Below, in pieces: positions 37,458 to 45,437 of a stretch of 64,000 nt of DNA; position 1 is the first letter of the stretch, and the number at the start of each line of letters is the position of its first letter. This DNA is from Bdellovibrionota bacterium (lineage in GTDB: Bacteria; Bdellovibrionota_C; UBA2361; OMII01), in assembly GCA_044337105.1 (NCBI GenBank), contig JBIIOE010000001.1:16309-80308 (forward strand). The letters are read 5' to 3'. The notes beneath the pieces are model-generated. The model had not been told where the DNA came from. It searched no databases and worked only from the letters and a program-made list of their open reading frames with translations. The translations under genes and the position numbers were made by a program.

Positions 37458-37739
37458 ATGATTATTCCATACACTGCACTCTCTCCAGAGGTATTGCGCG
37501 GCGTCATTGAGGAGTTCGTTCTACGCGAAGGAACCGAGTACGGCGATGGAGAGGTATCGCTCGACACGAAGGTGCTTCAAGTGATGCGTCAACTCGAGCG
37601 TGGGGATATTTTCGTTCTTTTTGATGCTGAGAACGAAAGTTGCGATATCGTCACAAGGGGCAGTGCGCGATACCGCGCGGCGGAGGTCGGAGTGTCCGAC
37701 GATTCGCAGCCGCGTCGAGAAGAGGAGTACGAGGCATGA
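37458..37739 (+). CDS. YheU family protein (UPF0270)
   Basis: MIIPYTALSPEVLRGVIEEFVLREGTEYGD matches the YheU family N-terminus. The start was chosen at ATG 37458. Confidence 0.75.
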   Translation: MIIPYTALSPEVLRGVIEEFVLREGTEYGDGEVSLDTKVLQVMRQLERGDIFVLFDAENESCDIVTRGSARYRAAEVGVSDDSQPRREEEYEA

Positions 37740-38239
37740 AGTTGAAGTTCGTTTCGTTGTCGAGTACGACCATCGCTGCCGTCGTAGCGCTGTGCGGGTG
37801 TAGTTTTACCTTTGTGGAGGACTATGAACTGCCGCCCGGTGAAGAATCACGAGTGGTATTGATCCGTAGCAATCCAAATGCCGAGGTCGAGTCGGTGTCG
37901 GTCAATCAGGTGCCTGTATCGATGTCAGCCAACACCCTCTCGGTGCCAGCGGGAGAGCATCAGATAGCGCTGCGTTACCGCGTAGAGGCGGGACCAGGAT
38001 GCGACACGATAGACGACCTGTGTGCCACAACAACCCTCCGGGGTGAGTGCTCCGGTAGGGTAAGAACGCTTCCTGGGCGAGCATATCTGCTCAATCTGGA
38101 GACCCGCTTCGGCGAGGTGTCTGCGCAGATGAACGCCAAGGGGCTCTTTGATCTCTTGAGCCGACAGGACGAACCAAATCTAGGAACGCTTACCTGCAAT
38201 GTGCCGCTTCGCAACGACGCGCTACGTCGACGGCTCTAA
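37736..38239 (+). CDS. Hypothetical lipoprotein
   Basis: MKLKFVSLSSTTIAAVVALCGC contains a lipobox. The ATG overlaps the yheU-like stop (ATGA). Confidence 0.65.
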   Translation: MKLKFVSLSSTTIAAVVALCGCSFTFVEDYELPPGEESRVVLIRSNPNAEVESVSVNQVPVSMSANTLSVPAGEHQIALRYRVEAGPGCDTIDDLCATTTLRGECSGRVRTLPGRAYLLNLETRFGEVSAQMNAKGLFDLLSRQDEPNLGTLTCNVPLRNDALRRRL

Positions 38240-38251
38240 GGAGATCGGAGC

Positions 38252-39301
38252 GTGACAGACACACCGCCCACCGAACCTCACACAATCGACCCGGGCAACC
38301 TGAACACCTTGACTGACGAACAGCTCTTGAGTGTCAGGATGTGCGACCTACCTGTGCGGATCGAGGGCTCAATGCTCGAGGGACGAATCGAAAGGGTACT
38401 CTTCGAGCTTCGGCAGCGGGAGCTCCTTTTCACGCCGCATTTCTGGCTCTCCGACGAATGGTTCTGTCCGGACGGAATCCCGGGGATCGCAATCCCGTTT
38501 TACCTGGCTCATCCGCGCCTCGAGAAGCTCGAGCGAGCGCAGTTGCTCGATGTCGAAGGGGGTGAAGAGGCTTGGTGTCTCAAGATTTTGAGACACGAAG
38601 TTGGGCACGCCATCGAAAACGCATATCGATTGCGCCGTAAAAAATTCAGACGCGCTATTTTCGGCAGCACAACCGAGCCGTATCCGGAGTACTATACGCC
38701 GAGGCCCTACAGTAAGAGTTTCGTGCTACACCTCGACTCCTGGTACGCGCAAAGTCATCCGGACGAGGATTTTGCCGAAAGCTTTGCAGTGTGGCTCACC
38801 CCTGACTTCCCCTGGCGAGAGCGCTATGCCGATTGGCCCGCACTAAAGAAGATCGAGTGTGTCGATACACTGATGCAAGAGATCTGCGGAAAAGAGCCCC
38901 CTCTGCAAAACAAGAACGAGCTCGATCCTCTTTCGTCGTTGACCAAGACCCTTGGAGAGCACTACGAACAGCGCAAGCGCAGATACGGTAAAGAGCACCC
39001 GAGCTTCTACGATCGCGATCTACGAAGGCTCTTTTCCGACAACCCCGAGCACCACAAAAACCTACTCGCCTCGACCTTCATCCGTCGCAAGAGAAAGATC
39101 CTCCGCGGTTTGGTAACCAACTGGACCGGTACGTATCAATACATGATTGATCAGGTGCTCGACTCGATGACGCAGCGAAGCTCCGAGCTCCGATTGCGCT
39201 TAATGCTCTCCGAGGATGAGACCTTGACCCAATTCGCTGTGCTGCTTACCGTACAGACTATGAACTACCTTCACAGCGGGCGGCACAGGATCGCACTATG
39301 A
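38252..39301 (+). CDS. Putative zinc-binding metallopeptidase-like protein (HExxH)
   Basis: ILRHEVGHAIENAY is an HExxH motif. It is translationally coupled to the downstream ATP-grasp gene (ATGA overlap at 39298-39301). Confidence 0.65.
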   Translation: MTDTPPTEPHTIDPGNLNTLTDEQLLSVRMCDLPVRIEGSMLEGRIERVLFELRQRELLFTPHFWLSDEWFCPDGIPGIAIPFYLAHPRLEKLERAQLLDVEGGEEAWCLKILRHEVGHAIENAYRLRRKKFRRAIFGSTTEPYPEYYTPRPYSKSFVLHLDSWYAQSHPDEDFAESFAVWLTPDFPWRERYADWPALKKIECVDTLMQEICGKEPPLQNKNELDPLSSLTKTLGEHYEQRKRRYGKEHPSFYDRDLRRLFSDNPEHHKNLLASTFIRRKRKILRGLVTNWTGTYQYMIDQVLDSMTQRSSELRLRLMLSEDETLTQFAVLLTVQTMNYLHSGRHRIAL

Positions 39302-40305
39302 GGAAACTTCGGGTGTTGTGCCTCACCCATGAAACGTTGATACCACCCGAGCAGCTTGCGGCTGACGTGTCTTTTCATCACGAGGAGTGGCGCACTGAGC
39401 AGTACGTGCTCTCTACGTTGCGTCAAATAGGGCACGAGGCTCGAATAGTAGGAGTACGCAGCGACCTCGCGGTAATTCGTTCCGCCATAGACGAATTCCG
39501 ACCCGATATCGTTTTCAACTTACTCGAGGAGTTTCACGATCAGGTGCTCTACGATCAGAACGTCGTGAGCTACCTCGAGCTCGTTCCGATCCCCTACACC
39601 GGATCCAATCCGCGGGGGCTTATCCTTTCTCGAGACAAAGCGTTAGCGCGCAAGGTCTTGAGCTATCATCGAATCGCTGGTCCCGATTTCATGGTCTTCA
39701 AGCGTGGTAGGAAGATCCGTCGCCCGCGCTCTCTTACCTTTCCGCTAATCGTGAAATCTCAGATCGAAGAGGCATCGCTCGGTATCTCTCAGGCGTCAAT
39801 AGTGGAGAGCGATGAAGAGCTTGTCGAGCGAGTTATTTTCATGCACGAGCGTTGTAAGACCGACGTTATCGTGGAGGAGTATATCGAGGGGCGCGAGCTA
39901 TACGTGGGCGTGCTTGGCGAGGATCGTCTAACGGTGTTGCCGATCTGGGAGTTGAGCTTCTCGAACATGCCGGACGGGCAAGCCCGGATTGCGACCCGCA
40001 AAGCGAAGTGGGATCCCAAGTACCAATTGAAGCACGGAATCAAAAGTGGTCCCGCCCAGGATATTCCACCCGATGTTCAGCATCGCATCGCCACGATCTG
40101 CAAGCGCACCTACAAGACCCTAGGGCTCAGTGGGTATGCGCGACTTGACCTACGCTTGAAGCCCAGCGGTGAGCCCTTCGTGATAGAGGCGAATCCCAAT
40201 CCCGAGATCGCAAAGGGGGAAGACTTTGCATCTGCTGCCGCCCACGCAGGGTTCAGCTACGAGGAGCTTCTTCAGCGCATTCTTTCGATAGGGCTGAGTC
40301 GTTAA
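39298..40305 (+). CDS. ATP-grasp enzyme, D-alanine--D-alanine ligase-like family
   Basis: Ddl-like layout: PDIVFNLLEE, IPYTGS, SRDKALARKVL, PLIVKS..EEASLGIS, VIVEEYIEGRELYVGVLG and RLDLRL...GEPFVIEANPNP. Confidence 0.85.
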   Translation: MRKLRVLCLTHETLIPPEQLAADVSFHHEEWRTEQYVLSTLRQIGHEARIVGVRSDLAVIRSAIDEFRPDIVFNLLEEFHDQVLYDQNVVSYLELVPIPYTGSNPRGLILSRDKALARKVLSYHRIAGPDFMVFKRGRKIRRPRSLTFPLIVKSQIEEASLGISQASIVESDEELVERVIFMHERCKTDVIVEEYIEGRELYVGVLGEDRLTVLPIWELSFSNMPDGQARIATRKAKWDPKYQLKHGIKSGPAQDIPPDVQHRIATICKRTYKTLGLSGYARLDLRLKPSGEPFVIEANPNPEIAKGEDFASAAAHAGFSYEELLQRILSIGLSR

Positions 40306-40708
40306 TGAGGCGCAGCAAAACCGTTGCGGTCCACCCCTGGCTCGTGATTCTGCCGTCTTAAATCAAGATGCGGTGAGAGTTCTGGCTCTATGAGCTGCTT
40401 AGCAACCGATTGACGCTTTCCGGCGGCAGCACGGTGCTCCCTCCAGCCCACGCAGAGTGTGGGGGAGATTTGACCCGTAGGCTCGTTTCAGTCTTTGCAA
40501 ACGAGCTCCCAAGGTGCGTTGTTCCTGGGGAGTATCTAGGAAACTACGTAGGAAACGTCGATAAACTGGATCGAACTTCCGTACGCATAGAGTAAACACG
40601 TAGGTGGATGTCTTAACAGACTACAGTCAGCGTTTGCTCTTCGTTCGGTTGTCTCTTCTCTGCCCGCATTTTCGTGGTGTCACAAAAACAAAAACGAAGG
40701 AGAGACGT

Positions 40709-40864
40709 ATGGCATTAGTAGTTGGCCCCACCGACAAAGAGAATCGAGAGGGATTTGGCGAGTTTTTACGGGAACAACAAAAGCAGGTCACCGAGCTTAG
40801 AGGAAGCGATGGTACTTCCGTGTTCGCACTCGCAGACTACCTTCTGGGGGACTGGACAATCTAA
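40709..40864 (+). CDS. Small hypothetical protein
   Basis: 51 aa from ATG 40709, with AAGGAGAG 6 nt upstream. No motif. Confidence 0.3.
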   Translation: MALVVGPTDKENREGFGEFLREQQKQVTELRGSDGTSVFALADYLLGDWTI

Positions 40865-40916
40865 GCCTTTCATCGTGTTCTCTACGCGAGTCGGAACTCG
40901 CCGATGCGCTCGGCCC

Positions 40917-40949
40917 TAGGGAAGGGAGGGGGTTTGCCTCGCTTCCCTA
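40917..40949. mobile_element. Minimal MITE remnant (terminal repeats only)
   Basis: TAgggaagggagggggtttgcctcgcttcccTA. An 11-bp perfect inverted repeat ccctagggaag/cttccctaggg includes the flanks. Confidence 0.6.
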
Positions 40950-41306
40950 GGGGACTTGGGCTTATGAACGCATGAAGGCTGTGAGCCCCGAAGTTTTCTC
41001 GTGCGACGGAAAGCTTCCGGCTCCCGGCACATGCCTGTTCTTACCAATTCCAGACACTGCAGAAAGGATGGTGTCAATTTTTCATCTCCACACAGAGGTG
41101 CAATATCAACCACTTTGCCCAGACAAAGACCGGTATAGACTTGTTTGCGTAAGCTCCTAGCTGTTTGCCCATCTCGGGGCTTTCGGCAGTGCGGTATCCA
41201 TATCAAACCGACATATCAGAGATTGCTGACTATCCTTCCGCGCGTGTCACCTGTAGGCTCTTTGTCGTACCTTCGTTAGAGTACATCATCAATCGGAGAT
41301 ATTATC

Positions 41307-42194
41307 ATGATAGGCTTGAGTGCTCGGACGATTGCGCGCGTTTTTGACTCGGTTGTAACCCCCAAGAACACTCGTTGGTTCGAGGTGTGCATTATCCGGC
41401 TTGCCATAGTGGGGTTCGTCGCCCACTTACTCTTTCTTTTTCTTTTCAATCATGTCCCCGGCCTCTATCGAGGACATTCCTTCAACTACCTCAAGGCGAT
41501 TTACACTCCCTTTAGCTTCATTCTCGTATACGAGGTGTTTCTCCTTGTCATCATTCTCCCCGAATCGATGACCGAATTTATCGGAAAGCAGTTTGAGATT
41601 GTGACGCTGATCACGCTTAGAAGCTTCTTTCACGATATCGCAGGTATCAATATGCATGCCCCGGTGCACATCGGGGATCCTGAGGTGCTCTGTTTGGGGT
41701 ATGATCTGCTCGCATCACTGGTTATGTTTACTCTGACGATATGCTTCCATCGACTTCACTCGAGGCAGAGAGATCATCACCAGCAACCTACCCTCCTGCA
41801 CTTCATCGAGTTGAAAAAGTCTGTTTCAGCCTGTTTGATAATTATCTTAGTGATCACCAGCGCATACAGTGTCTGGCTGTGGGCCTCGGGGGCATTGCCT
41901 GCGCTGCTCAACAACTCGGATTTTCCAAACCCAAACACCTTTTTCTATCTCGATTTCTTCAACGTAATGATCTACGCCGACGTGCTGCTTTTGATTATCT
42001 CCTTCTTGTACGACTCCTCCTTTTATAACGTAGTGCGTAACGCTAGCTTCATTATCTCTACGATACTTCTGCGGATGTCGCTCAGTATGGAGAGGCCGAT
42101 GAATCATCTCGTTGCCATATCCGCCTTCAGCTTTTCAGTGATGGTTATGTTAATCATACACCTGAAGATGAAGTACCCCATCCGAAGTGCCTGA
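41307..42194 (+). CDS. Polytopic membrane protein, unknown function
   Basis: 295 aa with ~7-8 hydrophobic helices. Visibly AT-richer than the surrounding DNA. Confidence 0.6.
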   Translation: MIGLSARTIARVFDSVVTPKNTRWFEVCIIRLAIVGFVAHLLFLFLFNHVPGLYRGHSFNYLKAIYTPFSFILVYEVFLLVIILPESMTEFIGKQFEIVTLITLRSFFHDIAGINMHAPVHIGDPEVLCLGYDLLASLVMFTLTICFHRLHSRQRDHHQQPTLLHFIELKKSVSACLIIILVITSAYSVWLWASGALPALLNNSDFPNPNTFFYLDFFNVMIYADVLLLIISFLYDSSFYNVVRNASFIISTILLRMSLSMERPMNHLVAISAFSFSVMVMLIIHLKMKYPIRSA

Positions 42195-42202
42195 CAAGAG
42201 CA

Positions 42203-42210
42203 GGGGGGGG
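42203..42210. repeat. G8 homopolymer tract
   Basis: caGGGGGGGGcttt, 9 nt after the stop of the 41307..42194 membrane gene. Confidence 0.8.
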
Positions 42211-42484
42211 CTTTGAGCGGGTTCGAGTGGGCAATTCACGGAATTGTTCTGCTGGGGACCGAAACGTCGGGAAATCGATTACGTGAGTTCAAAGCCTGCT
42301 AGACGACAGAGGCCTCATCTCTGTGTCCTCGAGAGGATCTCTTCGAGGGTAGGGTAAAGAGAATCCGACCGAATAATACTTCCGCCGCCACGTTGCTCGA
42401 TGGTTTAGCCTGGGGTGAAGCCTCCCCTGTCAGCAAACACAGGGACCATGCAGCTGGCGATAATATAGGCGTGGTCGGAGGCCT

Positions 42485-42494
42485 CCCCCCCCCC
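42485..42494. repeat. C10 homopolymer tract bracketed by two GAGGCCTC palindromes
   Basis: cgGAGGCCTCccccccccc GAGGCCTCgaac, intergenic. Confidence 0.8.
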
Positions 42495-42567
42495 CGAGGC
42501 CTCGAACAAGCTCAAGAAGTGAACGGAACGGAAGCGCAAGGCAAGTACTTAGTCGAGATTGATATCG

Positions 42568-42659
42568 GTAAGGAAGCGCGGCAAAACCTACCCCATAGTC
42601 TCACTTTTGAAATAACCACGTGAACGTGCGAGGAAACATAGGTTTTGCCTCGCTTCCCT
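42568..42659. mobile_element. MITE-like element, type 1, lacking the hairpin module
   Basis: Apart from the first TIR base after the TA (a vs g), it is identical to 34755-34917 except for the absence of 71 nt bounded by acgtgc direct repeats. TA flanks both ends. Confidence 0.75.
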
Positions 42660-42845
42660 AAGGTTGCTGACGAGGTTCGCCAATCCTTCGCAGGCTCTTC
42701 CTTCGGCAACCGCAGCCAAACAAATACAGCGCTGTCCGAGGAAAGCGAGGTATACCAAGGATTGAGAGAAACTTGTACGCATGAATGTCAATAGGGCAGT
42801 CTGAGGTTGTTCTAGTTCGGTTGCACAGGCGCTTCGGTGTGAGGA

Positions 42846-43304
42846 TTGTGTCAGCCTCTATTCGAGCCCTTGAGTAGTGTCGATCGAACGGCTATTGATT
42901 CACTCATGCAGCAAGAGTTTCGCAGTTTTAAGGACTTGGCATCGTCCATAGGCCTAGAGCCGGAAGAAGGGGTATCGCCACGGCGTTCCTCGCTGCCTTG
43001 CCTCCAAGTTCCTGGGCGATATACATCCTCCAGTCTGCTCGACTTCCTGCGAGACCAATGCGCGCCCGAGAGCGTTGCTGCATGCCCGTTGGGGCCTTCG
43101 CCGGGCCTGATGCCCGAGCTTTTGGTCCACGCTAGAGAGCAGGCGAATACTGTATATGCCGTGTCGCGGGGAGGCGGCAGACTCGAAGCCTCGGGCTTCG
43201 AAAGCAAGGCGGTCACGGTGATGACGGCACTGAACCCACAGCTACGGATCGAGCCCGAGCCAGCAGCCTCTAATTGTCGACTATTGGCCACTCAGATCAG
43301 ATAA
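42846..43304 (+). CDS. Hypothetical protein
   Basis: 152-aa ORF with a TTG start (alternative ATG 42906), upstream of and co-oriented with the 595-aa gene. The antisense ORF 42851..43291 is Arg/Ser-rich and looks like a shadow frame. Confidence 0.3.
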   Translation: MCQPLFEPLSSVDRTAIDSLMQQEFRSFKDLASSIGLEPEEGVSPRRSSLPCLQVPGRYTSSSLLDFLRDQCAPESVAACPLGPSPGLMPELLVHAREQANTVYAVSRGGGRLEASGFESKAVTVMTALNPQLRIEPEPAASNCRLLATQIR

Positions 43305-43426
43305 GGAGCGGGGTTTTTCAGAGGCTTCATCTAGCCATTCTCGCTTTTCCCTGTCCGGAAGCAGCAGGCTGATAAGAAGATCTTCATGAATGCAGCAGAC
43401 GGTGGTATGTTGCCTAAGCTGGCAGT

Positions 43427-45214
43427 GTGAGCACTATGCAGATTATCGGTCCTCAACCAACTTCAAGCGAACTCCTCTCTGATTTGGGAAGCTTCAGTAA
43501 CGCCCCCAAACGTCGAGTGCTCAACCTGATCACCGGATTACGAGCTGAGGAGCAAGAAGGAGGGCCCCCTAGGCTCGTGGTTGATGTAGGGCCTCTGGCA
43601 CCTGAAAATTACAAGATTGCTGCAAATAGACTGGCCAAGGCCCTTACTGGAGAGCTAACCAAAAACTGCGGCGGTAGGTCTAGCATTGTGGCATCAATAG
43701 ATATCGAGCCGCAGGGGGTAGGGAGGACTGTACCTGCCAACAGACCCGGTCTCGGTATCGACATAGCTCAGCTCGATAACTTTTTGAGCGGCCAACTCGC
43801 TTCGTTGGAGTTATCGCCGCACACAATCACCTTGTTCGAGGTGGGTTTAGATAGCAACAGGTGGATTTTTCTCTCTCTGATGTACTCGAGGGGGCCTCGG
43901 TGTGCCGAGCTTGCATGTCGGCAGCTGAGAGCGGGGCTGAAGGAGCTGTTCGGAGTGCACCTGCGGCTGGTAGCCGCGCCGGAGAGGAACCAGGCGTCGG
44001 CTCTTGCTGGCAGTGGTCTTCATAGTAGTACGCAGTCGAGTGAAGAACCAAATCAGGCTGATTATGGTGTCAGCACGCATCGAGGATTTCGAGCTGGCCG
44101 ACGTGTGGATCGCCCCACGCCCGAAGGGGTTGTTGGGTGGGGAGACGTTTCTTTCACTAGTATCGATGCCGTATGTGCCCAGATACTTGAAGATATGATC
44201 TCCGCAGCTCCGGCTTTCGAGCCGACTCTCGCGGCTGGCGAGCTTACGGATCTGCGAGTGGTCACCCCGTTGCGCATTCCGGGCTTTGAAGCCCTCAGCC
44301 CGGGTGTAACCCTACCTGGCATCGGAGTTCAAGGACTTCTTGCACCGGGAATCGGTCCAGTAGGGACTGGACAAGTCCTGTTAGTCGAGGCCTGTAATGG
44401 CAGAGCATGCGACGTAGACCTCGCCAGTCGGGTAATGTTTGATCTGCCCGCTGGTGCGGAGCTCCGCAGCAGCGGGATAGAGCTGAATGCCGATGAGATG
44501 AAGCTCCACACCCAGCTACAATCTATTCGCGATGCCGCGCGTATTCTCCACGACAGAGATGTGGCTATCGGAGCAGATTTGCCGATTCAAGTAGCACGCG
44601 TGGAACGAGATCCGTCCAAGAGCTTGCGTTTTGTACGAGCGGAGAGAGTTGTTTCCTTGGTCATGAGGTTTATGCAGGAGCAGATCCTCAGATGGCGCGA
44701 TGAATTAGATGAGCCGCCTGCTCTATTGGTATCGCGGCCGAGATTCAAAGATCTGGTATCGGCGGACCGAGTCATTGATAAAGCCGCAGCTCAATTGGCT
44801 CCTTATGGCCAGCTCGGTGTCAACTCTATGCGACTCGAGCCGGCGAGTTTGTTGTGTCCGGAGCATCGCGCGATTATCGTACAAGCACTTATTGCAGGTA
44901 AACATCGCCGAGAGCTGAATTTAATTCCTGGGCTGCTTCACGATGCTTACTGCAATCGCAAGCTGCATCTTTTAGAGCAGGACGAGAGCTCTCTTCCGGG
45001 AGATGCGTTGCACTTGAAGCGCGGTAAGTTCGGGATTGTCAACAACCTCCAGGTTGCGAGCGCGGTCCTCGATTTTCCGCTATTCGATACAGAGCTTTTA
45101 CGCAGAGCTTTTAACGTGAGTGCTCGTCGTAAAAACATCGACGGTGCTAGTGCCACCCTCTTGGGAGGTCTGATTCGAAAGCAGCAGGCGAAATTGCTCG
45201 ATCGCTTGTGGTAA
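43427..45214 (+). CDS. Large hypothetical protein (595 aa), no recognisable domain
   Basis: Uninterrupted 595-aa ORF with ordinary amino-acid composition. I could find no Walker, HExxH, nuclease or other motif. Alternative ATG at 43436. Confidence 0.6.
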   Translation: MSTMQIIGPQPTSSELLSDLGSFSNAPKRRVLNLITGLRAEEQEGGPPRLVVDVGPLAPENYKIAANRLAKALTGELTKNCGGRSSIVASIDIEPQGVGRTVPANRPGLGIDIAQLDNFLSGQLASLELSPHTITLFEVGLDSNRWIFLSLMYSRGPRCAELACRQLRAGLKELFGVHLRLVAAPERNQASALAGSGLHSSTQSSEEPNQADYGVSTHRGFRAGRRVDRPTPEGVVGWGDVSFTSIDAVCAQILEDMISAAPAFEPTLAAGELTDLRVVTPLRIPGFEALSPGVTLPGIGVQGLLAPGIGPVGTGQVLLVEACNGRACDVDLASRVMFDLPAGAELRSSGIELNADEMKLHTQLQSIRDAARILHDRDVAIGADLPIQVARVERDPSKSLRFVRAERVVSLVMRFMQEQILRWRDELDEPPALLVSRPRFKDLVSADRVIDKAAAQLAPYGQLGVNSMRLEPASLLCPEHRAIIVQALIAGKHRRELNLIPGLLHDAYCNRKLHLLEQDESSLPGDALHLKRGKFGIVNNLQVASAVLDFPLFDTELLRRAFNVSARRKNIDGASATLLGGLIRKQQAKLLDRLW

Positions 45215-45215
45215 G

Positions 45216-45437
45216 CACAAGGTCACTACCTTCGGAGAGAAGCCTGTGGGAGACCTGGTAAATCTCGAAATTGAACGAGGCACTCAGGTGGTTGTAGACA
45301 CCATGAGAGACTTCCTCGAAGAGCGATTTGGAAAGCTGCTGCCTGCGTTCGAGAGTCTGCTGGAACGGTCCGGGATGACCGCAGAAAGCCTGGTAGGCGT
45401 TACGGCGCCGGCCTTACCGGGATCGAAGACCGTATAG
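45216..45437 (+). pseudogene. Riboflavin synthase C-terminal remnant
   Basis: Translation HKVTTFGEKPVGDLVNLEIERGTQVVVDTMRDFL parallels the C-terminus of E. coli riboflavin synthase as I recall it (..[31 protein letters not shown]). No N-terminal ~150 aa and no start codon are present. It begins directly after the 595-aa gene stop. Confidence 0.6.

Noticed and set aside
37232-37567. 112-codon N-terminal extension of the prfC ORF
   Set aside because: RF3 homology starts at MSDSPTNKEV..RRTFAIISHPDAGKT (ATG 37231). The extension is Ser/Thr/Arg-rich low-complexity sequence.
42214-42232. gcgggttcgagtgggc resembling a tRNA T-arm (GGTTCGA)
   Set aside because: The flanks are not complementary (ggg...ggg). 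No acceptor stem, anticodon arm or D-arm can be drawn. I found no tRNA anywhere in the window.
43427-45214. HEPN-like Rx4-6H or P-loop motifs in the 595-aa orphan protein
   Set aside because: I scanned the translation by eye. The only R...H spacings are at non-conserved-looking positions, and no GxxxxGK(S/T) is present. There is no basis for a domain call.
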